Assembly: GCF_964204645.1 (NCBI RefSeq)
Contig: NC_134035.1
Span: 12,184,451 to 12,248,450 of the forward strand
Reading direction: 5' to 3'
Source: Tubulanus polymorphus
Taxonomy: Eukaryota > Animalia > Nemertea
DNA length: 64,000 nt
The notes under the pieces are model-generated. The model did no database searches. It worked only from the letters and a program-made list of their open reading frames with translations, and had not been told where the DNA came from. The position numbers and the translations under genes were made by a program. This document shows positions 13,578 through 58,611 of this stretch, in pieces. Numbering within the stretch: the first letter of the stretch is position 1; each line of letters begins with the position of its first letter.

Positions 13578-14375
13578 AGGCCGAGGAGCAGTATAAAAGC
13601 CCAATCAATGTCAAAGATGGCAGTACCCATGAAGCAATAGTGCAGTAGAGAGCTCCAACGGTTGAAACTAGAAATCTCCTATTTTCTCTGTCAGTTATCC
13701 GATTTTGACCCTCCTTTTTGTCAGACATATGTATTAATGTGTAATATATTCATTTCTGCAGTCAAAAATGTGTTTTAGGCCCTCCTCTACGAGAAATTAA
13801 GCTTTTTAGTTGGTATTTCCTTCAAAATTTGAATCTTTGAATGACATAGAGGGAGGAGTTATCCAGTGAATTAGTGTAGCTCACAGAGCACATGAACAGT
13901 AATTTGATACCTATAGTCATCAGTATACATAAACAAAACATAGCCTCATTCATAGTACCAAAATTTGGCAACATCAAAACTTTTTCTATGGTCAATGGAT
14001 CAGTCTGAAATTTCGTACACTTGTTTAGCTATCTACCATCAATGTTGTGTCCAAATTTCATCGAAATCGGATAAAAATTAATGATTTTCAAAAAATTTGA
14101 AATGTCTCTAAAATCTTTAATCTTGGCCCTATCTCTACAAAAAAAGATCGCTAGTATCAGATTTTCATTCCCACTATGACTAGATTATCTAAAATTAGTT
14201 TAGAACTTGATATGAAAACTTTTATGAATTTGTCAAATTTAACTGTGTGACCTGCTTTTCTGTTGTGAGCCAACCTCGCTCACTCTAAACATTATAAACA
14301 AGATACTGTAAAAGTGGGACGGGCCGATCTCAAGTGTTTGCCACCCGGTTAACTAGCATCCATACTCCTCGGCCT
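13578..14375. mobile_element. Non-autonomous TTAA-targeting DNA transposon (Kolobok/T2-MITE-like), 798 bp
   Basis: Perfect 11-bp TIRs aggccgaggag / ctcctcggcct, flanked by TTAA (13574-13577 and 14376-14379). Absent from copy A. AGG termini with a TTAA TSD fit Kolobok rather than piggyBac (CCC/CAC termini). Confidence 0.85.
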
Positions 14376-14676
14376 TTAACTCACAACAGTCAATCTGGTT
14401 CCTGGACAGTCTGAATTATTAGAATAAATAAAAGCGAACTAGATTCATGAACTATATTTGACATCGATACCAGAACAAAACCCTCGATACCGATGAATAA
14501 ACAAGACAAGACATGTTTTATTAATGTTCTAATGTTTTATATTTGTCGGATCCTACACAATATTCCTAACACAGTATCTTTCGATCTCAACTTCATCATT
14601 TATCATACAAAACATTCTTATATCGAGTTTATCCAGGTTTTTCTTTTTAAGGGATACAAATATTTTCGTAAATAAA

Positions 14677-14682
14677 TTTATT
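14677..14682 (-). promoter_or_regulatory. Candidate polyadenylation signal of the BRSK transcript (about 2.3-kb 3' UTR)
   Basis: AATAAA on the minus strand at the end of a long AT-rich stretch with no convincing coding sequence, downstream of the stop at 17025. Duplicated at 8783-8788. Confidence 0.35.
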
Positions 14683-17024
14683 TCATTTAAACGTTTTTTC
14701 AAATATTTTTACATTACATAATATTATTATATTCGCATTCACTCGCCCTCTCGCGCTCGCATTCATCGGATCTTAATCACGCAAATTTCATTTATCAGTT
14801 TTCAAATCCGGGTTCACATAAATTACACATGTACATAGACTACAGCGCGCACATGACTTCAACGAGTTCCGGTAGACGGCGTTAATCGCAATTCTACCGG
14901 AACTCTGAGTTCGATAAGACACAAGTAATGCGCGGAATTATTTACATAACAAACATGAATTTATTCATGAGAAAAAAACAACTGAAGTTAGAAATTATTC
15001 TATGGTCACGAATCGATGGTTTTTGCAATCGGTTTTGTAAAAATATCGACAAAATGTAAATACACAAAATAACTGCGACGAGTCGAAGAGATTAGGGGAA
15101 TAGTTGGAAACAGAAAAAAATACAAAATATTACTTTTACTTATTACCCTTTAACAGACAGCAATTTGAATAAAAACCCATAAATACGAAGCAAAATGAAT
15201 ACATTTCAGCTAAAATGCTATACGCCCATTCAGAAGCGGATTCATTTTTCAAAACAGATTCATCTTGAAATCTATTTTTCAAAATACATGTAGCTTATTA
15301 CACCGAAACGTCTAAAATCCTTTTAAAATTTATTTCATAACTTTGGGCTTTTTCTTCAATTGAATAGTACATTTACTTGGTTTCTGTGGAAACCAATATT
15401 TATATACCAGCCTTTCTTAAAATAACATGCATTTTCTAATTCATATATGTAAGATTAAACCGAAGCCAAAAATTGGTGAATCATTATCTTTTCTTTAGAC
15501 TGGGCTGACGGGTTATTTTGGAAGCGATAAATTACAATTATATCTTAACAGTAATTCTTTTTAAAGTATCAGAATTCACAAATGAATTGAATGAAAATTC
15601 GATGAAACGAGCCTTTATCTACCTATCAATTATCATTACAAATTACACAAATATGAAATTGAGTGTTTAGCGGGTTGTTTTTAAACATTATCATATATAC
15701 TATATTTGTACAGGTTTTTTGGTATATATTTACAATGTAGAATATATTAATTTATTTCACATTGGAATCGAGACTATATTTTTCTCTGCTAAACTTTTAT
15801 ACGATACATTTTGAGTCGTTGAATCATTTCAGGACTTGTAGGCCTACAACTGACAACTCTTTATCAAACCATCCTTAAACTAGCAATGTGCACAGGAGTG
15901 GACCCAGGTTGTTACCAAACAGTATTTTCTTTCCCATTGATAAAGGCAATAGATTTAGAAAAGGGCATCATTTATATTCCAAACAAGCATTTACCTATCA
16001 GTGTAGCATGTCTTACCACCAGAAAATCTTAAAAGCTGAGTCAAATTTGGTGCATTATGAGGATAAAGGCTTTATTGATTTATCTAGTTCAAAATGCTTA
16101 TTGAGTTTATACGGCAAACACCGTGTGGATCCAGCCAGTATATCATCTTAGAATGATTTGTTTATTTTCGAGTTATCAATTGGTCTCTACATTGTATCAC
16201 CCATCAATTAAATCAATGACAGATTAAACAATATCTTATGGTATCAATATTTTGTATACATGTGATGAGCAAAAACTGAAAATGGATATAAAATTACATG
16301 TATTATGAATTTTTCTAAATCAGTAAATCCATTTTTCATTTGGTTTAGCTGAGGATATGTAGTTGGTGAGCTAGCACCTCTCGCTTCAACCTCCATCAGA
16401 GTATCTTATGACCTGAGAAAGTCTAAGTGTCGTTAGTTCTTATTGGTCGCTTCGCTGAAATACCCCCGAAAATGGACCAATCAGAGTGAAGAACACTTAC
16501 TGGTCAATTCTTTGTCAATTATAAAACAGTTGATAATGAATACCTGCCCGAGGCATGAATTTTTGGTTTGAAATTTGTTTTTGCTGAACTGAACTTCAAA
16601 TGGTTTAAGTTTTACAAATGGTTATAGTTGACGTAGAAACCTGAATTTAATGCAGCTGTCAATCAGCCATCTGTGACCGCACCCCTATCTGACAATCAAC
16701 AGACTATTGCCACCCTCAAGAAAACTGATCGATAAGACTTTACAAGGCCTACCCTTGTATGGACCTGAGGCATTTTCGTTCGAAAATGAATTGCAGCATT
16801 TTGACTGAAGGCATTCTATCACCAGGTTCAGAAAAAATCAGTTCGTTCAAAAATTCATCAAAAGGGAATTTTCAGTATTTTGTCAGAACCATGAAGACAC
16901 TACACCGGGGAAATCAGTTCTTTGAGATTTCACCAATCAAAACATGATTGTCTAAAGGAGTGCAGGACACAGGCAGCTTCGATTGACTGCAATTATGAAT
17001 AAAGATGTGATTGCGTAAGAGTTT

Positions 17025-50201
<33,177 letters not shown>

Positions 50202-51168
50202 TCCCTCTGAGTCGTATCTTCACTAGCGCATAAATCCCACCGTTTCGAATGACTTAATCCGATGTTAATCCACTCCAAATGTCAAGAAAATCGTGAAAAT
50301 CCACTAGTAGCCGCATCCTCCGCCATCATTCGCTCTGACAGCATCCACGTGGCGCCGTCTATTTGTAAACATTGTCGACTCCGGTCCAGCGGCAACCATC
50401 AAAGGTTCGAATCCCAAATTATCAAACAAAAAATATCGGATTAACAAAACTGTCAAATTTTTATTCATGTATACAGAAAATCAAAATAAATCTTTCATAA
50501 AAAAACGTTCTAATAATTAGATACACAATTCCATCTAATACGCTTAAGACACTAAAGTACAATCATTACATCAATATCACAAGGTTGGTGCAGCTATTTT
50601 ACACGGAGATCCGTTTTCAGGAGGAAAAATGATATTGGATTGAACTAAAAAATTTTTTCAACACTCTTCTCTTTTTTTTGGGCCACTGCACTGGGTCAGT
50701 GAAAATACCAGAACCGCAAAGTGTGTTGACGGAACCCGAGTGTTAGAATTATCTGAAGTTGGAACTACTGATCTTATGCGGGCCGCTGCTCAATTACTCA
50801 ATTAGTTTCCTAGTAATAATGACCCGGCAACCCTTATTCGAACATGCATACACCAGTGGACATTCTATAGAGTAGAATAGACTGACCCATTAGAATAGAC
50901 CATGGACGGGCCAAAACTAGTTTATCCATGAATAGACCAAATTCCTGTCCCTTAGGTCGAGAAGGGCACCGATATCATGACACCGGACCCTCCCGTCTAC
51001 TGATTGGTCGATAACGATTTACCGAGTTATTTGGAAATCCTGTGACACAGGGAATCTCCGACACTGCCGAGGTAGACGATCATCACGATATGTCACATGT
51101 GTCCATGATAATAACCAATTGTCACTCGTGCCGAAGATTGACACCGTTATTGGTCACGGGAAAATCTA

Positions 51169-54100
51169 TTAACAGTGACTATGCCCATGTCCACCATGAG
51201 AATGTGCGTGATCGCGTGAGTGTCCATGACCATGCGAGTGTCCGCGGCCGTTTCCGTGGGAGTGTCCATCATGTCGTTCATTAGAATACAAGGAGTTTTC
51301 AGTACGGGTAAGGGTTCCATTACGGTCGCCAGAAGCGTTACGGCAGCTTACAGTTCGTTTTAAACGATTCATGTATTCTGGATCCTCGTAAATACAACAT
51401 TTCGATTTTTCACAGTTTGGCCCGCATTCCAGTTCACACTGACTGCTGTTGTTTCGATGTAGTGTCTTGAACTGATCGAAGGAGAGCTGAAACGAAATAG
51501 AATTAAACGATTGGTAGAATATCGGATGAGATGAAATATTAGGCTAAAAGTATTATTGTTCCTATGTAGTTAAATCAAATTGTGGAACAGGTCCAATTTA
51601 CTTAGAACCCATAACGGTGGAACGGGGTCCAATCGTGGAACCCAGGGGTCCAGTCAATTTAGAACCCATAACTGTGGATCTGGGTCCAGTCAACTTAAAT
51701 CCCACACCGTGGGAATGACCGGTCACATTTCTGTGGGTACTTACATTGGTAAATTCGGGTTGAATGGTGACCTTGTGGATTCCCTGTTTTACCAGGTATT
51801 TGCGAACTTCGTCGGATAACAAAGTAAAGTCTTCGCCGTTTTTACAGCATAAATGAACCGTAGCAACGACGTGCTCATTAGTTAATTGCCAGATGTGAAA
51901 TTCATGCAGATTAATTATTCCAGGCACCTGTCAATAAAAAAATATAAACACATAATTAGATAGATGTGCTTATTTGTAATGAAGTTTCGTTAGATTTTAC
52001 AGGGTCCCTGTTTAGAAAAACCCAGCGCCCGGGTCTACAGTCGTGACTTAAATCCAATAGTGGTCTTAAATCCGGTCTAAATCTATGAGTGGTTATATAT
52101 ATATTTTTATATATATTTATTTATAGATATTTTGTTGTTGTTCATGCCTAATTCTTATTGAACATATATTTCATATCTATTTGTGTTTGATACTTAGAAT
52201 TCTGTTTTTTTTCAATGATAAATGCGTCACAAAGTTCTTCCAACCTCATATCAGGGTGTCAAGCATTATCACTATCAAAGATCGTGTTTCACTTGAAGGA
52301 AAGGCCGAACACTTAATATATTCAACAGGTTTTACTGATACTCGATACTTACAGCTTTCAGCAATTTTTCCTGAAGTTCGACGACAGTCATATTCCCGGG
52401 AGCGGCTTGTAGTAACACTAGACACGCGTTTTTCACTACAAAAATAGATGGAAATAAATCTTTCATAATTTAGTTATAAGACGCAATTTGAAATGAACGT
52501 CTTTGTCTAAACTAATGTGTACTAACGTTTTGGAAATGTACCCACGAATATGATAGAAACAACGAATAAACTGAAAATTGAAAATAACATAGAATTCTGT
52601 AAAATAATGTACGAGTAAAATCAATGCTTCATATATACATGTTTTAGATTGAAAGGAAGTGGTCATTGGTAACTGACTATGGTAAAATCTAGGGATATCG
52701 ATTGGTTTTAAATGACATTCAAAAGGAAAACAACAAACAAAAGAGTATTTAAAATTATATATCTAAAACAACCATCTGGTTAAATAGATGTGTCGTACCT
52801 GGCTACTGTATCAGCGTGTATAGTCCAGTGTTGGGTATCGTTATACAGCCTCACTAATCCAGCTATAATCATTACGACTGCGCCCATCAAATTAACTAAT
52901 GTTCGCCTCTTGTTACACATCAGTTCAGAAGGCGTCGTTCCACCTAAACACCGCAAAAAAACCAGGGGCTTAATTCACAAAAACATCGAAGACATTGACG
53001 ACGACAAGGAATTCTCGGTGTTATGAATTACGACTTACTTTCACGAGACATTAAATCTTCGCATTCATCTTTTTGTGATATCACAGATTCGCGGAGTTTT
53101 CGTTTGCTCTTCAGTTTTTCTGAAAAATGTTTATTTGATGATATCAAAAATACATAAAGATGTATTTTATGTATTTTTGATAATATTAATGCTATCTGCA
53201 TCCTCTATTGACACTTTTCCAAAACAATCAAAGTCGTAATTGTCGAAGCATCGAAGTACAAAATGAAATTCTAGTTTATACAGTAAAATGTCATTAACCT
53301 ATGAAGTAAACGAGGCGATAAACATATCAGCTCTAGAGTCTTCCTCAACACATTATACCAATAGATTTTTTTTCTAAATCATTTATACTAGTAAGATTGA
53401 GTTGAAACAGCTAATAATATTCGAATATGACGAATTTCTATGCTAGCTTTATCGTCTTTCAGCAGAAAAACGAATTCCCATCAGAAATTTGTTTTCTCGA
53501 TTTACCGTAAATTGCAAAAACTATCCTTTTTTTCAAAAGATATACGGGTTTCTTACCGTTGACTTGGGCGAATATCAACATGAAGATGTCGGCTACAGTG
53601 GCCACTGCACCGACGATCACTATGAGTAGCGGATCGTGCAGATGTTCAGCAGATGCGAAACGTTTTAATGCTGAGATTATCATGGAGAAATTCAGCGCTC
53701 CGAGAAACACGCTGTTCACTGCTACACCCAATATCTGAGAACGAGCCCAACCGAACGTGTTCTTATCAGATCGCGTCATCGGTACAATCTGTAAACATAA
53801 AGAAGCAAAAAAAAAGATCAGATTTATATCGGTTTTTGCACCTGGACCACTGGTTGGGTGGGCATGGGTCACACCAGACATTCTCAAAGCTTGTTTTTAA
53901 GAATTTTCGGTAACTATTAACTATATATCTATTGAATCAAGTTCAATATACCGTGGAACCTCGTTTACAACGTCCTCGGATTTAACGATTTATCGGTTAT
54001 TGTAAACCAAGAATTTTGTCCCAAATAGGAAAATGTCAATTATTTCATACTGGAGGTAACGGTTATAACGAACATATTTTCTGGTCCCCCGAAGTTCGTT

Positions 54101-55765
54101 GTAACGAGGTTCCACTGTTTGTAGTTGCATGTTTGCCTTGGCCGTGGATACAGGTCCCTTTTAAATTCCTTGGTAACAGCAACTGTTTAAATTTGCCCTT
54201 TTACAAGAATAGTTCATTAAGAAATTCATTTTCTGGGAGAGTAATGATAGTCCCTGGTAGCAACTGCAACTAATGTGAAAACCACATGCTGATCTGATAT
54301 TAAATGATTTATGAAACTGGCGACCCAAACTGAATGGTTTTCAAGGCCAAATTAGTTCGGTTCAAACTTAGTTCATTGACGATACCAGGATCTGTGAATT
54401 TGCTTTGAAACTTATAGCTGCTGTTACACATAAATTATTGAATGAATATTATTATTTTCCCAATAACACTCCGCATGGGAGAAAAGACGATCGCCAAAAC
54501 CCGGATCTATTCACCACAAAAGAATATATTTTCAATTCAGGGGATTTAAAGAACAGCATTCAAGTGAATGTGAACAATCAATGCTTCGCATATGCAAATA
54601 TATTTCTATATATAACTGGTGGAATTTCTATAATCATTTCAAGCGCAAAGAAACCATTTTCTCTGTACATCAGACATCCAGTGATCACCAGACATACAGA
54701 TAGACATGCGACATACTTTCGACATACTTTCGAGTCGTTGATTCGTCGAACTATTTATTTCGTCTGACATAAACTAAACCATATATCTATATCTATAAGT
54801 GCGTACGTCATTGTCTGATATGAAATCGTGGAATAAATGTACACATATATATACCTGCATTACTGTCAGCTGTTATAAAACATTTAGAGTTAATTTGAAT
54901 TATTCATAATAGTTTAAATATCGTTTTATCATCTTGAATGGTGCGCATTTATGAAACATAAGTTTATAATGGTTCAATAAACCTTCAGGGAACAGGTGTA
55001 TTGGTAATGATTGTAGGTACTAATAACGCACAGGTAAAATAAGGGTGAGAATGCCAGCAGAACATAAGGGTCTATCATCGTAGGACTTGATATTCTTAAA
55101 CACCTATTATGATAATAAATAGTGGAAAAATCGTAATATTTCCATACGGTGAATCGGAGGAAACAATTCACTAACGACCTCAACACAATTGAAATTGTAT
55201 TTGGCCGTTATCAACGCGACTCGAGAGCTAGATAAAATAAACTTTCTTATCTTTTACTTATTGTTCTCGAGTGGCCGAAACCAATAGTACATCGTTCAAT
55301 CGAACGATTCTTCAGACATCGAATAATTGTGAAAATGAAGAAACGAAATGCAACGAAACACAGAGAATTGATGTGGCATATCACAAAGCAGCCAAAAGCT
55401 TAAATCTTTATCAACTCAGTACAGTTTTTGTGATTCTCGCTTTTGAGCTATTTCTTAAACTCATAGAAACTGCTTTAGCCTCGATAAGATAAGAAACAGA
55501 GAAATGGAATAAAAAGATAGTTTTCTGATGCGAATTCTAAGCTGTTCGGTGATTTTTTTTTGCACGGTCGTTTATTTAATTACGTATATACCTTTTGAGT
55601 AACGAGACAAATAATTTCTTCGACAGCAATGTATAAAGTGTGAAGTCCATGCACGATTGGACCGAGTGAATGCGATTTCAATCCAATCGCTATTTCAGCT
55701 ACAAACACCAATATACTCCATGCCACAATTAGTCCAGATACCCAAGATGGATGACAGGCAGCCAT
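51169..55765 (-). CDS. SLC30A1: Divergent ZnT1/ZnT10-like (SLC30/CDF) cation transporter, about 419 aa; exons 55765-55592, 53788-53557, 53119-53039, 52943-52799, 52570-52527, 52435-52353, 51927-51745, 51486-51169
   Basis: Eight GT-AG exons join in frame (1260 nt). KNTFGWARSQILG..VNSVFL; six TM segments; LLQAAP; HEFHIWQL...VATVH; GIHKVTIQPEF; Cys cluster CELECGPNCEKSKCC as in ZnT1; His-rich C-tail. The symbol denotes the closest family; orthology is not proven. Confidence 0.88.
53951..54117. mobile_element. Tc1/pogo(Tigger)-like MITE (second copy about 60300-60485)
   Basis: TA-ccgtggaacctcgtttacaacg ... cgttgtaacgaggttccactg inverted ends. Confidence 0.75.
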
Positions 55766-56280
55766 TGTTGTTTAAAAACGTGGTCACTTTTGAGTAGAAG
55801 TTGACGATCGAAAGATTCCTAGCGGCGTGAAAGATTCCTAGCGGCGTGAATGAATCTTTCTGAGAAATGTTTCGTAAATAAAAACTCTGCAGGTTTTTAA
55901 GATCGTACAAAACGAAACATATAATCCATGATTGATATAGTTCACTATTTAGTAAAGTACGCGAATAAAACTTTTTGCAAGAGTCTCGCACAACACGTCA
56001 CCGATCCATTTCGTCCCGAGTGCAGTAATTGGTATCTAGTGGAATATACATGTTTATAGTGTATAGTTTATAGTATGCAGTTGAGCGCCGTAGAGACCGC
56101 TGGCGTCAATCAGTGACCTGTTTAATCGCGTTAATTTCATGCGACGCACATTCGCAGTATATTGTCCTCTCGGATACGCCTAAGTTCAGTTTCTGCCCCG
56201 TTCGCAATTATTTTCCTCTACACGGTGTTTTGCCGACCCTGTCCAAGAGGCGGCTTTAAAATTTCTAATACCAGGTATAC

Positions 56281-56440
56281 CCCAGTGAAGTTTATTACTT
56301 GATCGTTATTCCTTATTCCGTTACTTGTTGAGAATTCATCTCCCAATAAGCAACAAGTAACAGCTACTTGTTCCTTGTACCTTATTGGGAGATGAATTCT
56401 CAATAAGTAACGGAATAAGGAACAATGAACTTCACTGAGG
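56281..56440. repeat. Long inverted repeat/hairpin upstream of the ZnT gene
   Basis: 42-bp arms 56309-56350 and 56381-56422 differ at one position (a G:U pair on the + strand). Outer arms cagtgaagtt / aacttcactg. Confidence 0.9.
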
Positions 56441-57311
56441 TGAATAAATATTTATTCCACGGACGAAAGAGCAACGCTGGTTACACGTCGTTATTACTGA
56501 ATCTGATCCTGATTCTGATTCGCTCTGACGGCTGTTGATATCAAACTGCGGCAATAGTTTGTTGGTGTCACCACTTCATGTCGTGTAGAACTGAATTACA
56601 CAGTGTCGCTACCTCCAACAACCCTATAGAAAAGTTCGAAAAAATAGAGAAGCAAGGAGACGAGTTTCAATATTTTAGTCATTTGTCAGTATTTCAGTCT
56701 ATACATTCAAAAAATAAATTTGCAGGTCTAAATATCAAAAGCGTAGTTGATATCACGTGATCCCAGTGAAGTGACCGCTTGGCGTTCACGGCAGAGTCAC
56801 CGTTGAGTCTGGCAGTTGCAGAATTTCCAGAACCTACCCCGAGAAACAAATTCGCTTCTCTGGGCAGGAACCTGCGATTCACTGGTAGCCTGCGACTCAC
56901 CAGTGAAGAGATTCACTGGATAGTGACAAAAATACATGTATTTTTGATAATTGGCTAAATCAAAGGAAGCATTTTTTCAGCACTTGTAGTGGCACTTTTT
57001 TGGTGAAATGCGCCCATTTTATAGACATCAGTAACTGCTCATCAAGATTTGTGAAACCATCAGTTCACGGAACCTGCAGAATCGTCCTTTTTAAACCAAA
57101 ATCCAAAAACTGTTTAAACCAAATAAAGATCATTTCTATTTAAAAGTTATTTAGTTTTTCAAGCAACTAAATACATGTATATAAAAAACAAACTAGTATG
57201 CTGGATGGGTAGCCGCAAATCTAAATTGCGTTACGAAGCATTGTGACCGAATCTTCATCACCAAATGAAATATTTTCTTTCTACTATATTGCATAGGTGC
57301 GCTCAGAATGT

Positions 57312-58367
57312 AGTTAGTTACCTAATCGTTGGTGGTAAGCTTTTTATAATCGGATGTGGTTTGTGAAAATATCCGATCGTGAAACTAAACCATAGACAGG
57401 TTACTGACTACTCAGAATGCACCTCATTGCATCTACATTTCCAAAATCTTTATCTTTCTAACCTAAGTCGGCAAAAAGTAACACTTTTGTGGATATTAAG
57501 CACAAATCTAGGCCAAACGAAATTTCTTTTGCAAAAAGTTGCACTTACTAGCTCACTATAGACTCGTATTTGAAGTGTGGGGTGAACCGTGGCTTATAAT
57601 CATCCAGTATCCCTGTCTATGTACATGTATACGTTCTATATAGTAGGCTATATATAGTACAGGGGAGCTGGATCTTAGTTAACCTATTCGTCTGGTGGTA
57701 AGCGTATTTACAATCGGATGCGCTTATGTGGTTTGTAAAAATATCTGGTCTTAGCTACAGATCACCCCCAAACTTCAAATACCAGCCCTTGGGAATTAGC
57801 CCAGACCACCCGCTGCAAACCAAGGGTTTGAATCGGTTGAAGTTTTAGATTTGAGGCTTCCCCGTGCTGACATCCCCAATGCTTATCAACTCTGTCAATG
57901 GTAGCGAGACAAGGGCAATGACTCAAAAGGAAAGACAATGAAATGAACGAAATTTTCTGGTGATATCAATTAAAATAATCTTTATTGATATGCACAATAT
58001 AGAATTACTACAACTATTGATACATTTATAGTATCAACACAGACATAATAAACTATTGATACATTTAGTATCAACACAGACATAATAAATGCGAGAAGGA
58101 AGAAAAAACATCCACGACTGTCGTAAAAACAGAATAGAAAAAAAAACATATCAGGCTTAAGAAAATTGATACCTTGTTTCTGCATATGCCAAGTTGACCC
58201 GGCCGGCCGCCTATCTTACCCTACATAACTTGTAAAAAAATCATCATCAGGCTAGCAATTAGTTAGTTACCTAATCGTTGGTGGTAAGCTTTTGATAATC
58301 GGATGGGCTTTTGTGGTTTGTGAAAATATCCGATCGTGAAACTAAACCACAGACAGGTTACTGACTA
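57312..58367. repeat. Dispersed local repeat of about 105 bp (about 57312-57411, 58261-58367; degenerate copy about 57677-57750)
   Basis: agttagttacctaatcgttggtggtaagcttt...gacaggttactgacta. Confidence 0.8.
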
Positions 58368-58611
58368 GCTAGCAATAACAGGACCGGGCAGCTACCGGTA
58401 TACAAATTTTATTGCAGTTCATTAAAGTCACCCGGCTGATGTGGAGAAACACGGTATCATTTTTGTTAGCCTTACCTCAACAAAATTCAACGAGTTCGGT
58501 TTGTTCCAAATAAAACAAAAAGAGATTTGTATAAATTTGTAATAAATAACATGATGGTTGTTTGCATAAAGCGAAACATTGACAAAATGCGCTGCAGAAT
58601 TTAATCGACCT

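Larger units (their letters stand above)
10787..16681. repeat. Segmental tandem duplication, copy B (about 5.9 kb including a 798-bp transposon)
   Basis: Junction ...gtgaccgca-tc-cgggattttc... at 10784-10787. Unique sequence resumes at 16682. Confidence 0.95.
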
